The position numbers and the translations under genes are program-made. A DNA stretch of 64,000 nucleotides from Bacteroidota bacterium (GTDB taxonomy: Bacteria > Bacteroidota > Bacteroidia > AKYH767-A > OLB10): positions 21,480-85,479 of the forward strand of contig JBKDSL010000006.1 in NCBI GenBank assembly GCA_046340555.1. Direction: 5' to 3'. Positions within the stretch are counted from its first letter, which is position 1. Each line of letters begins with the position of its first letter. Positions 17,520-26,754 of this stretch are shown here, piece after piece. The notes under the pieces were generated by a model. The model was not told the origin of the DNA and did no database searches. It saw nothing but the letters and a program-made list of their open reading frames with translations.

Positions 17520-20228
17520 ATGAAAATCAGAGTAGGAGTCGTTTTTGGAGGTACATCAATGGAGCGGGAAATCTCCTTTGCTGGAGGGCGTACGGTTTAC
17601 GATAATCTTGATAAGTCCCTTTTTGAAGCAATTCCGATTTTCATTGACTCATTCAATAATCTGATTATCCTTGATTGGGAGTATATTTACAAAGGAAGTA
17701 TTCGGGATTTTTATCCGCCTTTTAACAAGGTCGAGCATTCGTCAAATGGTTATCAGGTTTATGCCGAATCTTTAGGCGATTTGGATCCGCCATCACAATT
17801 GAGTCTTACATCAAAACTAGGTACTCGTATTGAGCCCTCGACATTGACTTCTTTGATCGATTTTGCATTCCTGTGCTTGCATGGAACAAATGGAGAAGAT
17901 GGTCGCATTCAAGGAATGTTAGAGTTTTACGGAGTGCCTTATTCTGGCACTGGAATTTTTTCCTCGGCTGTTGGGATGAATAAGCATTTGCAAAAGGACT
18001 TGATGGCTAGGTATGGTTTCAAGGTGCCTGAATTCACTTCAATCGACCGACAAACTTGGCTGTCGATTTCCGACCGTGATTCGATGATGAAGTTAATTGC
18101 AGGTAAAGTTGGAGCTCCTTTTGTTGTCAAGTCTGCTAACCAAGGTTCATCCATTGGAGTCTCTTTTGTTGATGGGTTGGACGCCGATGCCTTTGGAAAC
18201 GCTGTAGATCGATCCTTCTTCATAAGGAGAATTAAAAGATCTTTCTGGACAGAACTCAACCATCAGCAAAAGGTTGAATATGTCAGGACTCTTTCAGATA
18301 TACGCGAAGGAATCGGATTGCCGTTGATTATCTCCGGTAAGGTGATTTATCATCCTGAAGAGCTGTTATCGAATTTGAATCAACTATTCTCAGAGCAAGG
18401 CGATGAATACCTGTTGGAGGCTTTGGATAGTGAGCAGACGGTTTTGTTCGAGCGGTTCATTAAAGGCAAGGAGTTTTCATGTATTGTAATTGATGGTTTG
18501 CAAGGTGAGCCAATAGCATTGCCACCAACAGAGATCAGAAAGGGCTCGGAGGTTTATGATTACAGATCCAAATATCTACCTGGGCTTTCTCGTAAGATTA
18601 CACCAATAGATCTGCCAACGGAATCCATTGGGCAAATCAGGGAATCTTGCTGCAGGCTGTTTGAGTCATTGGGCTTTGGTGTTTATGCTCGCATAGATGG
18701 ATTTTTCTCTGCTGAAGGAGAAATATTCTTAAACGACCCAAATACTACATCCGGGATGCTTCCATCATCCTTCTTTTTCCATCAGGCGGCAGAAATCGGA
18801 TTGACTCCATCACAGTTTATCACTTTCATCATACACCGATCATTGCGGCGTAGGGAAGTTGGTTCAAATGATTTGAGGAAAAGTCTTGGTTTAATTCAAA
18901 GTCTGGAAAGGTCTTTGCATGAATGCAAAAAGTCCTCCAATTCGAAAAAACGTATTGCGGTGATTTTGGGTGGCTACTCTTCTGAAAGGCACATCTCTGT
19001 TGAAAGCGGGCGGAACATATTCGAGAAACTATCTTCATCTGAAAAATACACGCCGATTCCTTTGTTTCTTTCAGGCGATAGTGCATCTCATAAGCTTCAT
19101 GTTATTCCAATTAACATTTTGCTCAAAGACAATGCAGACGATATAAGGGAGAAGGTTTTGCATTTTGACAGGCATCCTGTGTTGCAGGATATCATAGATG
19201 AGTGTAATGAGATCACTGAATTGTTTTCTGACGGCAACGCGTTGAAGCCTCCTTTTGAGATTGCCTATGCAGAGCTTCCTAGCATGGTTGATGGTGTTTT
19301 CATCGCATTGCATGGTAGACCTGGTGAGGATGGTGAAGTTCAATCCCATCTTGATCGCGTTTGTCTACCTTATAACGGGTCTGGACCTGCTTCATCAAAA
19401 ATCACCATTGACAAATTTGAAACCAATGAGATTTTGATGTCTAATGGGGTTCATGCTGCCAAGCATATGGTTCTTCTTGGCAACGATTGGCGCAAAGACC
19501 CTTCTCGTTTCGAGGATATCGTTTTGGAGTCATTCAATTATCCGATAATCGCTAAACCTGTTGATGATGGTTGTAGCTCTGCTGTCAAGATCATCCGCAA
19601 TAGCGCCCAATTGCACGCGTTTTGCGAGTTGATTTTCAGGGAAGTTGATGAACTGCTGATTCCGGCATCAGAAATTCTGAAAATCAAGCCTAAAGAGGAG
19701 TTCCCAAGAAAAGATCGCTTCCTTGTTGAAGAATTGATTTCAAAATCTGAAGCAGATAGGTTTTTGGAGATTACGGGAGGACTGATGACCTTCTATGCTG
19801 CCAATGGAGAACTTCGATACGAGGTGTTCGAGGCTTCCGAGGCATTGTCTGAAGGAGATGTGTTGTCTTTGGAGGAAAAGTTTCTTGCGGGTCAAGGTCA
19901 AAATATCACTCCTGCACGGTACAGTTCAGATCCGATTGAAAACAAAAGAATTTCAGCTGAAGTAAAAAAAGTTCTTGAACATACTGCAAAAGTGTTGAAT
20001 GTTGAAGGGTATGCTCGAATAGACGCTTTTGTCAGGATATTTCGAGATGGGAAAGTGGAGGTTTTGGTCATCGAGGTAAATTCATTACCAGGAATGACGC
20101 CAGCCACGTGTATATTCCATCAGGCGGCAATCAATGATTATAAACCATTCGAATTTATCGACAAACTTATTGATTTCGGCATACAACGCAATCAGCGACT
20201 CCCCAATCAAACGGGTTCCAGGAAATGA
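17520..20228 (+). CDS. ddl: Tandem-duplicated D-alanine--D-alanine ligase-like protein (two complete Ddl/ATP-grasp modules in one 902-aa ORF)
   Basis: Module 1: KIRVGVVFGGTSMEREIS, FVVKSANQGSSIGVSF, ARIDGFF...IFLNDPNTTSGM. Module 2 from about aa 480: KKRIAVILGGYSSERHISVESG, IIAKPVDDGCSSAVKI, ARIDAFV...VIEVNSLPGMT. One uninterrupted reading frame. Confidence 0.8.
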   Translation: MKIRVGVVFGGTSMEREISFAGGRTVYDNLDKSLFEAIPIFIDSFNNLIILDWEYIYKGSIRDFYPPFNKVEHSSNGYQVYAESLGDLDPPSQLSLTSKLGTRIEPSTLTSLIDFAFLCLHGTNGEDGRIQGMLEFYGVPYSGTGIFSSAVGMNKHLQKDLMARYGFKVPEFTSIDRQTWLSISDRDSMMKLIAGKVGAPFVVKSANQGSSIGVSFVDGLDADAFGNAVDRSFFIRRIKRSFWTELNHQQKVEYVRTLSDIREGIGLPLIISGKVIYHPEELLSNLNQLFSEQGDEYLLEALDSEQTVLFERFIKGKEFSCIVIDGLQGEPIALPPTEIRKGSEVYDYRSKYLPGLSRKITPIDLPTESIGQIRESCCRLFESLGFGVYARIDGFFSAEGEIFLNDPNTTSGMLPSSFFFHQAAEIGLTPSQFITFIIHRSLRRREVGSNDLRKSLGLIQSLERSLHECKKSSNSKKRIAVILGGYSSERHISVESGRNIFEKLSSSEKYTPIPLFLSGDSASHKLHVIPINILLKDNADDIREKVLHFDRHPVLQDIIDECNEITELFSDGNALKPPFEIAYAELPSMVDGVFIALHGRPGEDGEVQSHLDRVCLPYNGSGPASSKITIDKFETNEILMSNGVHAAKHMVLLGNDWRKDPSRFEDIVLESFNYPIIAKPVDDGCSSAVKIIRNSAQLHAFCELIFREVDELLIPASEILKIKPKEEFPRKDRFLVEELISKSEADRFLEITGGLMTFYAANGELRYEVFEASEALSEGDVLSLEEKFLAGQGQNITPARYSSDPIENKRISAEVKKVLEHTAKVLNVEGYARIDAFVRIFRDGKVEVLVIEVNSLPGMTPATCIFHQAAINDYKPFEFIDKLIDFGIQRNQRLPNQTGSRK

Positions 20229-21049
20229 ATGACCTACGAGCTTTCATATCTTCAAAACACTTTGGAAGGCTTTTGCTTTACGGTATTGGCGCATTAGTGC
20301 TTTTTTATGGTGGCATTTATCTGTGGCTTGGTATATATACCCGGCATGGGGATTTCATCAAAGTTCCTGATTTGACAAACAAAAGCCTTGCCGATATTAG
20401 AGACCAATTGGAAGATGAGGGCTTTAAAATCGAAATAAGTGATTCTTCCACGTATGACTCAAAAAAGCAACCTGGGATAATATTGGATCAAGATCCAGCA
20501 CCAGGATCACTTGTGAAAGAAGGTCGGAGGCTATATTTTACCATAACTCGCAAAAATCCGCCGGAGGTAATGTTGCCGGATTTAATCGATAACTCCTTGC
20601 GTCAGGCGGAGTCCACGTTACGTTCATTCGGCTTGGTGCGTGGCGAATTGATTCCTAGGCCTGATATTGCCGAAAATGCTGTATTGGAAATGCAGATCAA
20701 CGGGAAAAAAGCAGAGGCTGGAACTAAGGTAGACAAAGGAACTGTCGTAGATTTGGTAATTGGCCAAGGTCTTGAAATTAGTCGAGTGCTTTTGCCAAAC
20801 TTATATGGCCTTACGTTTCAGGAGGCTTTGTATGTTTTGCAAACATCAGGTTTAAAGCCCGGCCTTACCTTGTTCGATGCTTCAGTGGTAGACTCCATGA
20901 ATTGCAAAGTATACAGGCAAAACCCGCAGTTTCGCATACAAGAATCAGTGCTGAGTGGTGAATCCGTTGATTTGTTTATGACCGAGTCTGAAGATATCCT
21001 GAATTCAAATTACATTAATCCCAATGCCGATGAGGAAGAAATTGAATAA
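20225..21049 (+). CDS. PASTA domain-containing membrane protein
   Basis: N-terminal TM helix followed by three roughly 65-aa PASTA-like repeats (VPDL/LPDL/LPNL...G). 4-bp overlap with the upstream ddl-like gene. Confidence 0.8.
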   Translation: MNDLRAFISSKHFGRLLLYGIGALVLFYGGIYLWLGIYTRHGDFIKVPDLTNKSLADIRDQLEDEGFKIEISDSSTYDSKKQPGIILDQDPAPGSLVKEGRRLYFTITRKNPPEVMLPDLIDNSLRQAESTLRSFGLVRGELIPRPDIAENAVLEMQINGKKAEAGTKVDKGTVVDLVIGQGLEISRVLLPNLYGLTFQEALYVLQTSGLKPGLTLFDASVVDSMNCKVYRQNPQFRIQESVLSGESVDLFMTESEDILNSNYINPNADEEEIE

Positions 21050-22967
21050 ATCGCTTTTATCGTTTTTTGTTACATTGGCTTTTATCCTGCCTCACACCGC
21101 TTTTGCTCAACAGGGTATTGCCAAGAATGAGCGTATCGTCCCACTCAAAGGGAATGGCGTATTACAACGATTGACCTATGATGCCAGCGTTTTGCGAACA
21201 TCCACCTCAGTCTTGGATACATTGGAGCTGCCATTCTTTGATGATTTTTCAAGGGAATCAGCTTGGCCTAATTCAACAATGTGGAGTGACAGCAGTGTGT
21301 ATGTCAATTATGGATTCGGGATAAACCCACCCACAGTTGGATGTGCTACCTTCGATGGCTTGGATAAGTTTGGAAATGCATACAATAATGTGAATGCGGG
21401 TGCGGCTGGATTGTGTGACGTGTTTACATCCAAGCCGTTGGATTTGTTTGATGACGAGAATGGGGTTCCCTATCTTTCCAGCGATAGTCTGTTTTTTGTG
21501 TTTTATTATCAACGTAAGGGTAGGGGTGACAACCCCGAGGCTACAGACTCTTTGTCTCTTCAGTTTTTTAATGTTGCAAACCAAACTTGGCAATCTGTTT
21601 GGTCCGCTAATGGCACTTCAGCCGGTGATACTGTTTTCACAAAAGTTAGGATATCCATAAACAATCCAGTATTTCGTCAAACAGGTTTTAAGTTCCGATT
21701 CAGGAATTTCGGGTCACAAAATGGAATGCTCGATATTTGGAATGTCGACTATGTATATCTGAATAAGTTTCTACCTCCAGACTATGATTTGATACGGGAT
21801 TACGCTTTCGTTAATCAGGGTTTTTCTTTGATCAATGGTTATTCTGCCGTGCCATGGGTTCATTATAATGGTCTTTCATCTAGCCAAAAAATAAATTTGA
21901 TCGACAATTCAGCCCAGTTATTGGTTCGAAATAATAATGATGGAAGTCCCTTTCCTTTAAGTGTATCAGGTAAGATCGTGAGCCGAACTGGAAATCAAAC
22001 ACAGCTTTTTGGAGGTGGAGGAGCCAACAGTATCATTATTCCTTCAAATACCAATACGGTACCCCCTTCCAGTTACACTCCATCAGTTTTTTTTGATGAT
22101 TTAAGTGCTGTTGATCAAACTTATTTTGATGCGGTTTATTCGCTTGGTCAAACATCAGGAGGTATTCCTGACGATTTTACTATCAATGACACACTCGTTC
22201 ATAGGCAACATTTTTACGATTACTATGCCCACGATGATGGTTCAGCCGAACTTGCTTACGGTATCAATGGAATAAATGCCAAACTTGCTTATCGCTTTGA
22301 TTTGCTTCAAGGCGACACATTACGTGGGATCAATATGTTTTTTGCCCAATCCGGCACAAGCGTTGCTTCTCAACAATTTCGCTTAGCCATATGGTCTGGC
22401 AACGCTTCAGGACCCCAGGGAAACCCTGTTTATGAGAAATTCAATCAAACACCAATGTACGTCGATAGTTTGAATAAGTTCAAAACCTATATAACCGATC
22501 CGGTTTATTTGACTGCCGGCACTTGGTATTTTGGCTTTATTCAAAACAACTCGGTTTTATTAAATATTGGCTTGGATATTAATACACTAGCCGATCCTTC
22601 CAAAAAATACTTCAACACATCAGGGAATTGGGTGCAGTCGCAATTGCCAGGTATGTGGATGATTCGTCCAGTTTTCAGTGGCCTAGAGCTTTACACGTCC
22701 AATACTTCGGTGGTGGAGCAGATAACTCCATTGAATATATATCCAAATCCTGCTGATGATTATTTTCTTGTTCAATCAACTCTATCAACTTGCTGTAGTT
22801 CTATGTTGGAAATCATGGATATTTCAGGACGCTTGGTTTACAAAACTGATAATATTGTTAGTCCTGTAATTGTTTCGGATCTGGCCAATGGCACTTACAT
22901 GGTTCGTGTTTCCGATTTTGGGAATGGTACGATTCGATTAGCAAGGCTTGTAGTGCAACATCCTTGA
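21024..22967 (+). CDS. Hypothetical secreted protein with a T9SS (Por) C-terminal sorting domain
   Basis: Signal peptide (KLNKSLLSFFVTLAFILPHTAFAQQ). C-terminal roughly 80 aa: LNIYPNPADDYF...DISGRLVY...LANGTYMVRV, typical of the TIGR04183-type C-terminal domain. Start at ATG 21024 or 21030. Confidence 0.65.
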   Translation: MPMRKKLNKSLLSFFVTLAFILPHTAFAQQGIAKNERIVPLKGNGVLQRLTYDASVLRTSTSVLDTLELPFFDDFSRESAWPNSTMWSDSSVYVNYGFGINPPTVGCATFDGLDKFGNAYNNVNAGAAGLCDVFTSKPLDLFDDENGVPYLSSDSLFFVFYYQRKGRGDNPEATDSLSLQFFNVANQTWQSVWSANGTSAGDTVFTKVRISINNPVFRQTGFKFRFRNFGSQNGMLDIWNVDYVYLNKFLPPDYDLIRDYAFVNQGFSLINGYSAVPWVHYNGLSSSQKINLIDNSAQLLVRNNNDGSPFPLSVSGKIVSRTGNQTQLFGGGGANSIIIPSNTNTVPPSSYTPSVFFDDLSAVDQTYFDAVYSLGQTSGGIPDDFTINDTLVHRQHFYDYYAHDDGSAELAYGINGINAKLAYRFDLLQGDTLRGINMFFAQSGTSVASQQFRLAIWSGNASGPQGNPVYEKFNQTPMYVDSLNKFKTYITDPVYLTAGTWYFGFIQNNSVLLNIGLDINTLADPSKKYFNTSGNWVQSQLPGMWMIRPVFSGLELYTSNTSVVEQITPLNIYPNPADDYFLVQSTLSTCCSSMLEIMDISGRLVYKTDNIVSPVIVSDLANGTYMVRVSDFGNGTIRLARLVVQHP

Positions 22968-22973
22968 TTTGTT

Positions 22974-24029
22974 TTGATGGATTCTGATTTCGACAAGGAA
23001 CAAAACGAGCAAGATGAGCTTTATGAGCATCATCGAATATTGGTCGACAAGGGTCAATCGTTATTAAGGATAGACAAGTTTCTGATGATGCGTTTGGAGA
23101 ACGTTTCCAGAAACAGAATACAAAACGCATCTGAAGCAGGAAGCATTTTGGTAAATGCAAAACCGGTTAAGTCAAGTTATAGGGTTAAACCTGGAGACTT
23201 GATTACCATCGTTCTTGCCCATCCGCCTCGTTTGGTAGAGGTAATTGCACAAGATATCCCAATCGACGTGGTTTACGAGGATGAGGATCTCGTTATCGTG
23301 AACAAGCCTGCGGGAATGGTAGTTCATCCAGGTTACGGAAACTACACAGGCACTTTGGTGAATGCTTTGGCTTACAAGTTCCATCCAGATAAGTTAGGTC
23401 AGTCAATTGAATCTGAAACGGAACGTCCGGGATTGGTACACCGCATAGATAAAAACACTTCCGGATTGGTAGTGGTTTCACGCAATGAGAGGGCCATGAC
23501 GCATTTGGCGAAGCAATTTTTTGACCGAACCATTAAGCGGCGTTATATGGCTTTGGCTTGGGGGGATTTTTCTGAAGATAATGGAACGGTTGTTGGACAT
23601 ATTGGCAGAAACCAAACTGACCGGAAATCCATGGAGGTATATCCTGAGGGCGACCATGGTAAGCACGCTGTTACACATTTTTCGGTCTTGGAAAGGTTCG
23701 GTTATGTGACTCTGATCGAATGTCGTTTAGAAACAGGTCGAACACACCAAATCAGGGTGCATATGAAGCATATCGGTCACCCACTTTTCAATGATGAAAC
23801 GTACGGAGGTAAAAGGATTTTGAAAGGCACCACTTTTTCCAAATACCAGTCTTTTGTCGAGAATTGTTTTTCCTTGATTCCCGGTCAAGCTCTGCACGCC
23901 CGTTCATTAGGTTTTATCCACCCATCTACAGGCAAAGAGTTGTATTTTGAAAAAGACCCTCCGGCGGGGTTAAATGCTATTCTGGATAAGTGGCGTGCCT
24001 ATACCTCTTCGAGAGGTACAGAAGGTTGA
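22974..24029 (+). CDS. rluD: 23S rRNA pseudouridine synthase, RluA family (RluD-like) with N-terminal S4 domain
   Basis: S4 region (LLRIDKFLMMRLENVSRNRIQ), catalytic HRIDKNTSGLVVVS motif, and a TGRTHQIRVH C-terminal motif. Confidence 0.85.
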   Translation: MMDSDFDKEQNEQDELYEHHRILVDKGQSLLRIDKFLMMRLENVSRNRIQNASEAGSILVNAKPVKSSYRVKPGDLITIVLAHPPRLVEVIAQDIPIDVVYEDEDLVIVNKPAGMVVHPGYGNYTGTLVNALAYKFHPDKLGQSIESETERPGLVHRIDKNTSGLVVVSRNERAMTHLAKQFFDRTIKRRYMALAWGDFSEDNGTVVGHIGRNQTDRKSMEVYPEGDHGKHAVTHFSVLERFGYVTLIECRLETGRTHQIRVHMKHIGHPLFNDETYGGKRILKGTTFSKYQSFVENCFSLIPGQALHARSLGFIHPSTGKELYFEKDPPAGLNAILDKWRAYTSSRGTEG

Positions 24030-24031
24030 TT

Positions 24032-25156
24032 TCAGATATCAACTTCTTCGAATGTTCTAACAGTATTGTACAACGTGTCACGCTCTACAGGTGTTTTACC
24101 AGCATCACGAATTAACTTGACAAGTTCCTCTGTGGTCAAAGTTGGATTTTGTTCTTCAGATCCGGCCATTGAGTAAATCTTCGTTGAGTCGTCGATTGTG
24201 CCGTCTAAATCATCCACACCGAATGAAAGACTCATCGCTGCCGTTTCCCTTCCAATCATCGGCCAATATGCTTTTATGTGGGGGAAGTTGTCCATGAAAA
24301 TCCTGGATACTGCATAGTTTTTCAAGTCTTCCACCATGGTGGTTTCCGGGATGTTTGACATGTCATTGTCTTTGTTCCGGAATTTCAGTGGAATGAACGT
24401 GTTGAACCCTTTGGTACTGTCTTGTAAGCTGCGAAGCCGTTCCATGTGAAGAGCTCGATGTCTATAACTTTCAATGTGGCCGTAAAGCATGGTGGCATTA
24501 GATGCCATGCCAAGTTCATGTGCCGTTTGATGGATTTCAAGCCATTCATCAGAATTGCATTTGTCGGCACATATTTGATTACGGATTTCGTTATCGAAAA
24601 TTTCAGCTCCTCCACCCGGCAACGAATCCAATCCGGCTTGATGGAGCATGGAAAGTCCGGTCTTGTAATCTACTCCAGCTTTACGAATCATATAATGCAG
24701 CTCAACTGCAGTAAATCCTTTAATGTGCAAATCGGGCCTTATGGCTTTGATTGAGCTCAGAAGGATTTTGAAAAATTCCAAATCCATTTTAGGATGCACG
24801 CCTCCAACAATGTGTACTTCAGTGATAGGTTGGCCTTCGTAAGCTTTGACCTTTTCAACCATTTGGTCTATACTGAGCTCCCAGCCATCTTCCCTGTTTT
24901 TATACTGACGTGAGTAGGAGCAGAAATTGCAAGAGAAGACGCAAACGTTAGTTGGTTCGATGTGAAAGTTACGATTGAAAAAGGTGTTTTTACCATGTCT
25001 ATTCATTCGAATATCATCGGCCAACTGCCCTAAGAAGCCAATATCGCCAAGTTCATATAATGCAACGCATTCATCAACATTGATTCTTTCTCCACGCAGC
25101 ACCTTTTGGCTGATGGCATTCAATGTTTCATTTTCGTGTATGATTTCTCGATTCAT
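24032..25156 (-). CDS. Radical SAM enzyme of the MqnC/MqnE/CofH family (futalosine-pathway menaquinone biosynthesis type)
   Basis: CVFSCNFCSY CxxxCxxC cluster about 70 aa from the N-terminus. The 374-aa length and overall architecture are typical of MqnE/MqnC. Assigning the specific member would need a search. Confidence 0.65.
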   Translation of the reverse strand: MNREIIHENETLNAISQKVLRGERINVDECVALYELGDIGFLGQLADDIRMNRHGKNTFFNRNFHIEPTNVCVFSCNFCSYSRQYKNREDGWELSIDQMVEKVKAYEGQPITEVHIVGGVHPKMDLEFFKILLSSIKAIRPDLHIKGFTAVELHYMIRKAGVDYKTGLSMLHQAGLDSLPGGGAEIFDNEIRNQICADKCNSDEWLEIHQTAHELGMASNATMLYGHIESYRHRALHMERLRSLQDSTKGFNTFIPLKFRNKDNDMSNIPETTMVEDLKNYAVSRIFMDNFPHIKAYWPMIGRETAAMSLSFGVDDLDGTIDDSTKIYSMAGSEEQNPTLTTEELVKLIRDAGKTPVERDTLYNTVRTFEEVDI

Positions 25157-25236
25157 ATAAATGATTAAACAACGGTTGACAGCTATTGTTTTTCCTACGC
25201 AAATTTACAAATGATAGCAGACCTAAAGGCATAAAA

Positions 25237-25258
25237 AAAGCCCTGTTTCCAGGGCTTT
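25237..25258 (-). terminator. Rho-independent terminator downstream of the M43 protease gene (minus strand)
   Basis: On the minus strand, AAAGCCCTG-GAAA-CAGGGCTTT hairpin followed by TTTTTTAT. Confidence 0.7.
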
Positions 25259-25276
25259 AACTTTAGTGAATTCCGA

Positions 25277-26524
25277 TTATTTGTTGAGAACGATTCTCTC
25301 GACAGCCATTTTACGATCGGATGAAATCTCCACCATGTAAATGCCGTTTTTTAGAGAACTCAGGTCTATGGAGTTGGTGCCGCTGAAATCACTGATCTGG
25401 TGAATAGCAACTACTTGTCCAACGGAATTAAGAACCCTAACCATGGCCGACTCTCCGTAATTATATAGGTTGTCAATGTTCAGGATTCCATCGGTAGGAT
25501 TTGGGTAAATGAAAATACCAAGATCTTGTGGCTCACTAAGCCCTACTGGTACACAGCCAAGGGAAGCACTTAATGCCGCACGTGTTGAGGTTAGGCACGT
25601 GTTCATGCGAATGCCCTGACCCTCTGTGAACATGTACATACAGGCATCATTGGTATAATCCATGTAATTCATAGTCATCATTTGAGGGCTTCCTGAACAA
25701 TTGGTAGCCAGGGTAGGGAATGCTGGACAACCAAAATTAGAAGTAGTATGAAGCGGGGTGTCGGTTACGAAATCGTTACCGCAATTTGAATCGCCCCAGA
25801 TATGGCGTAAGTTCAACCAATGTCCCACTTCATGAGTGGCTGTTCTTCCTCTGTTATAGGATGAGGTAGTTCCCAGAGCTCCTGGTCCCCCAACAGAACC
25901 ATTCAGCAAAACAACACCATCTGTAGCAGCAGCTCCACCTGGGAATTGGGCATACCCCAAAAGGCCGCTTCCTAGGTTTCCTACCCAGATATTTAGATAT
26001 TGTGTGGCAGGCCAAGCATCGTCGCCACCTTGAGCATTGAACTTGATACCATTATTAGTGCTGAATGAAGTGACCGTAGTTTGTTTACGGATAATGCCAT
26101 CGGTTGGATTTCCTTGCGGATCGCGCTGGGCTAGACAAAACTGGATTCCTGTGTTTGCCTTCAATGGTTTGAAAACTGTTGGTATCAAACTGGTGTCTGA
26201 GTTCGTTGCAGCATAATCGCTGTTGAGTACATTCAATTGCGCTTGAATACGGGCATTGGATATGTTTTGTGTGGTAGAATTGGTGCTATAGAGAACGTGA
26301 AAAACTACAGGAATCGTAACAATGCCTGTTGTTTTCCAGCTAGGGTCGTTTTCCATGCTGTTGAGCATAAGCTGGTCTATCACCTGCTGTCTTGATTCGT
26401 AATTTGGATCTACTGTTTTTAAGTATTCATGATGTTGCATGGTGCCGCAGCGATCATGTTGGGCCAAAACAGATTGGTTGAACAACAAAACCAATGATAG
26501 TAATGAGAGTAATTGTTTTTTCAT
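25277..26524 (-). CDS. Secreted zinc metalloprotease, M43 (cytophagalysin/pappalysin-like) family, with T9SS C-terminal sorting domain
   Basis: HEVGHWLNLRH zinc-binding motif. C-terminal IYPNPTDGILNI...LKNGIYMVEI T9SS domain. The ORF track extends to 26611, but the signal peptide MKKQLLSLLSLVLLF begins at 26524. Confidence 0.75.
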   Translation of the reverse strand: MKKQLLSLLSLVLLFNQSVLAQHDRCGTMQHHEYLKTVDPNYESRQQVIDQLMLNSMENDPSWKTTGIVTIPVVFHVLYSTNSTTQNISNARIQAQLNVLNSDYAATNSDTSLIPTVFKPLKANTGIQFCLAQRDPQGNPTDGIIRKQTTVTSFSTNNGIKFNAQGGDDAWPATQYLNIWVGNLGSGLLGYAQFPGGAAATDGVVLLNGSVGGPGALGTTSSYNRGRTATHEVGHWLNLRHIWGDSNCGNDFVTDTPLHTTSNFGCPAFPTLATNCSGSPQMMTMNYMDYTNDACMYMFTEGQGIRMNTCLTSTRAALSASLGCVPVGLSEPQDLGIFIYPNPTDGILNIDNLYNYGESAMVRVLNSVGQVVAIHQISDFSGTNSIDLSSLKNGIYMVEISSDRKMAVERIVLNK

Positions 26525-26754
26525 GCTAGAAGGATTTCTTTTCTTAAATGGTTTTATAGTGTAAATATAATAGTCTTTAACCATATTTGGTATATTATTG
26601 ATATTCATCATTTTATGATTTTTTTACATGTTCTTTGTCCACGTAATCTTAATATAGCAGACTCTTGATGCTAAGCATGTAAACCAACTTGATATTAAAG
26701 TGTTATTGAATCAGTAGCATTCGCTCAGGTAAAATTTAGACTTTAATTAGGCCT

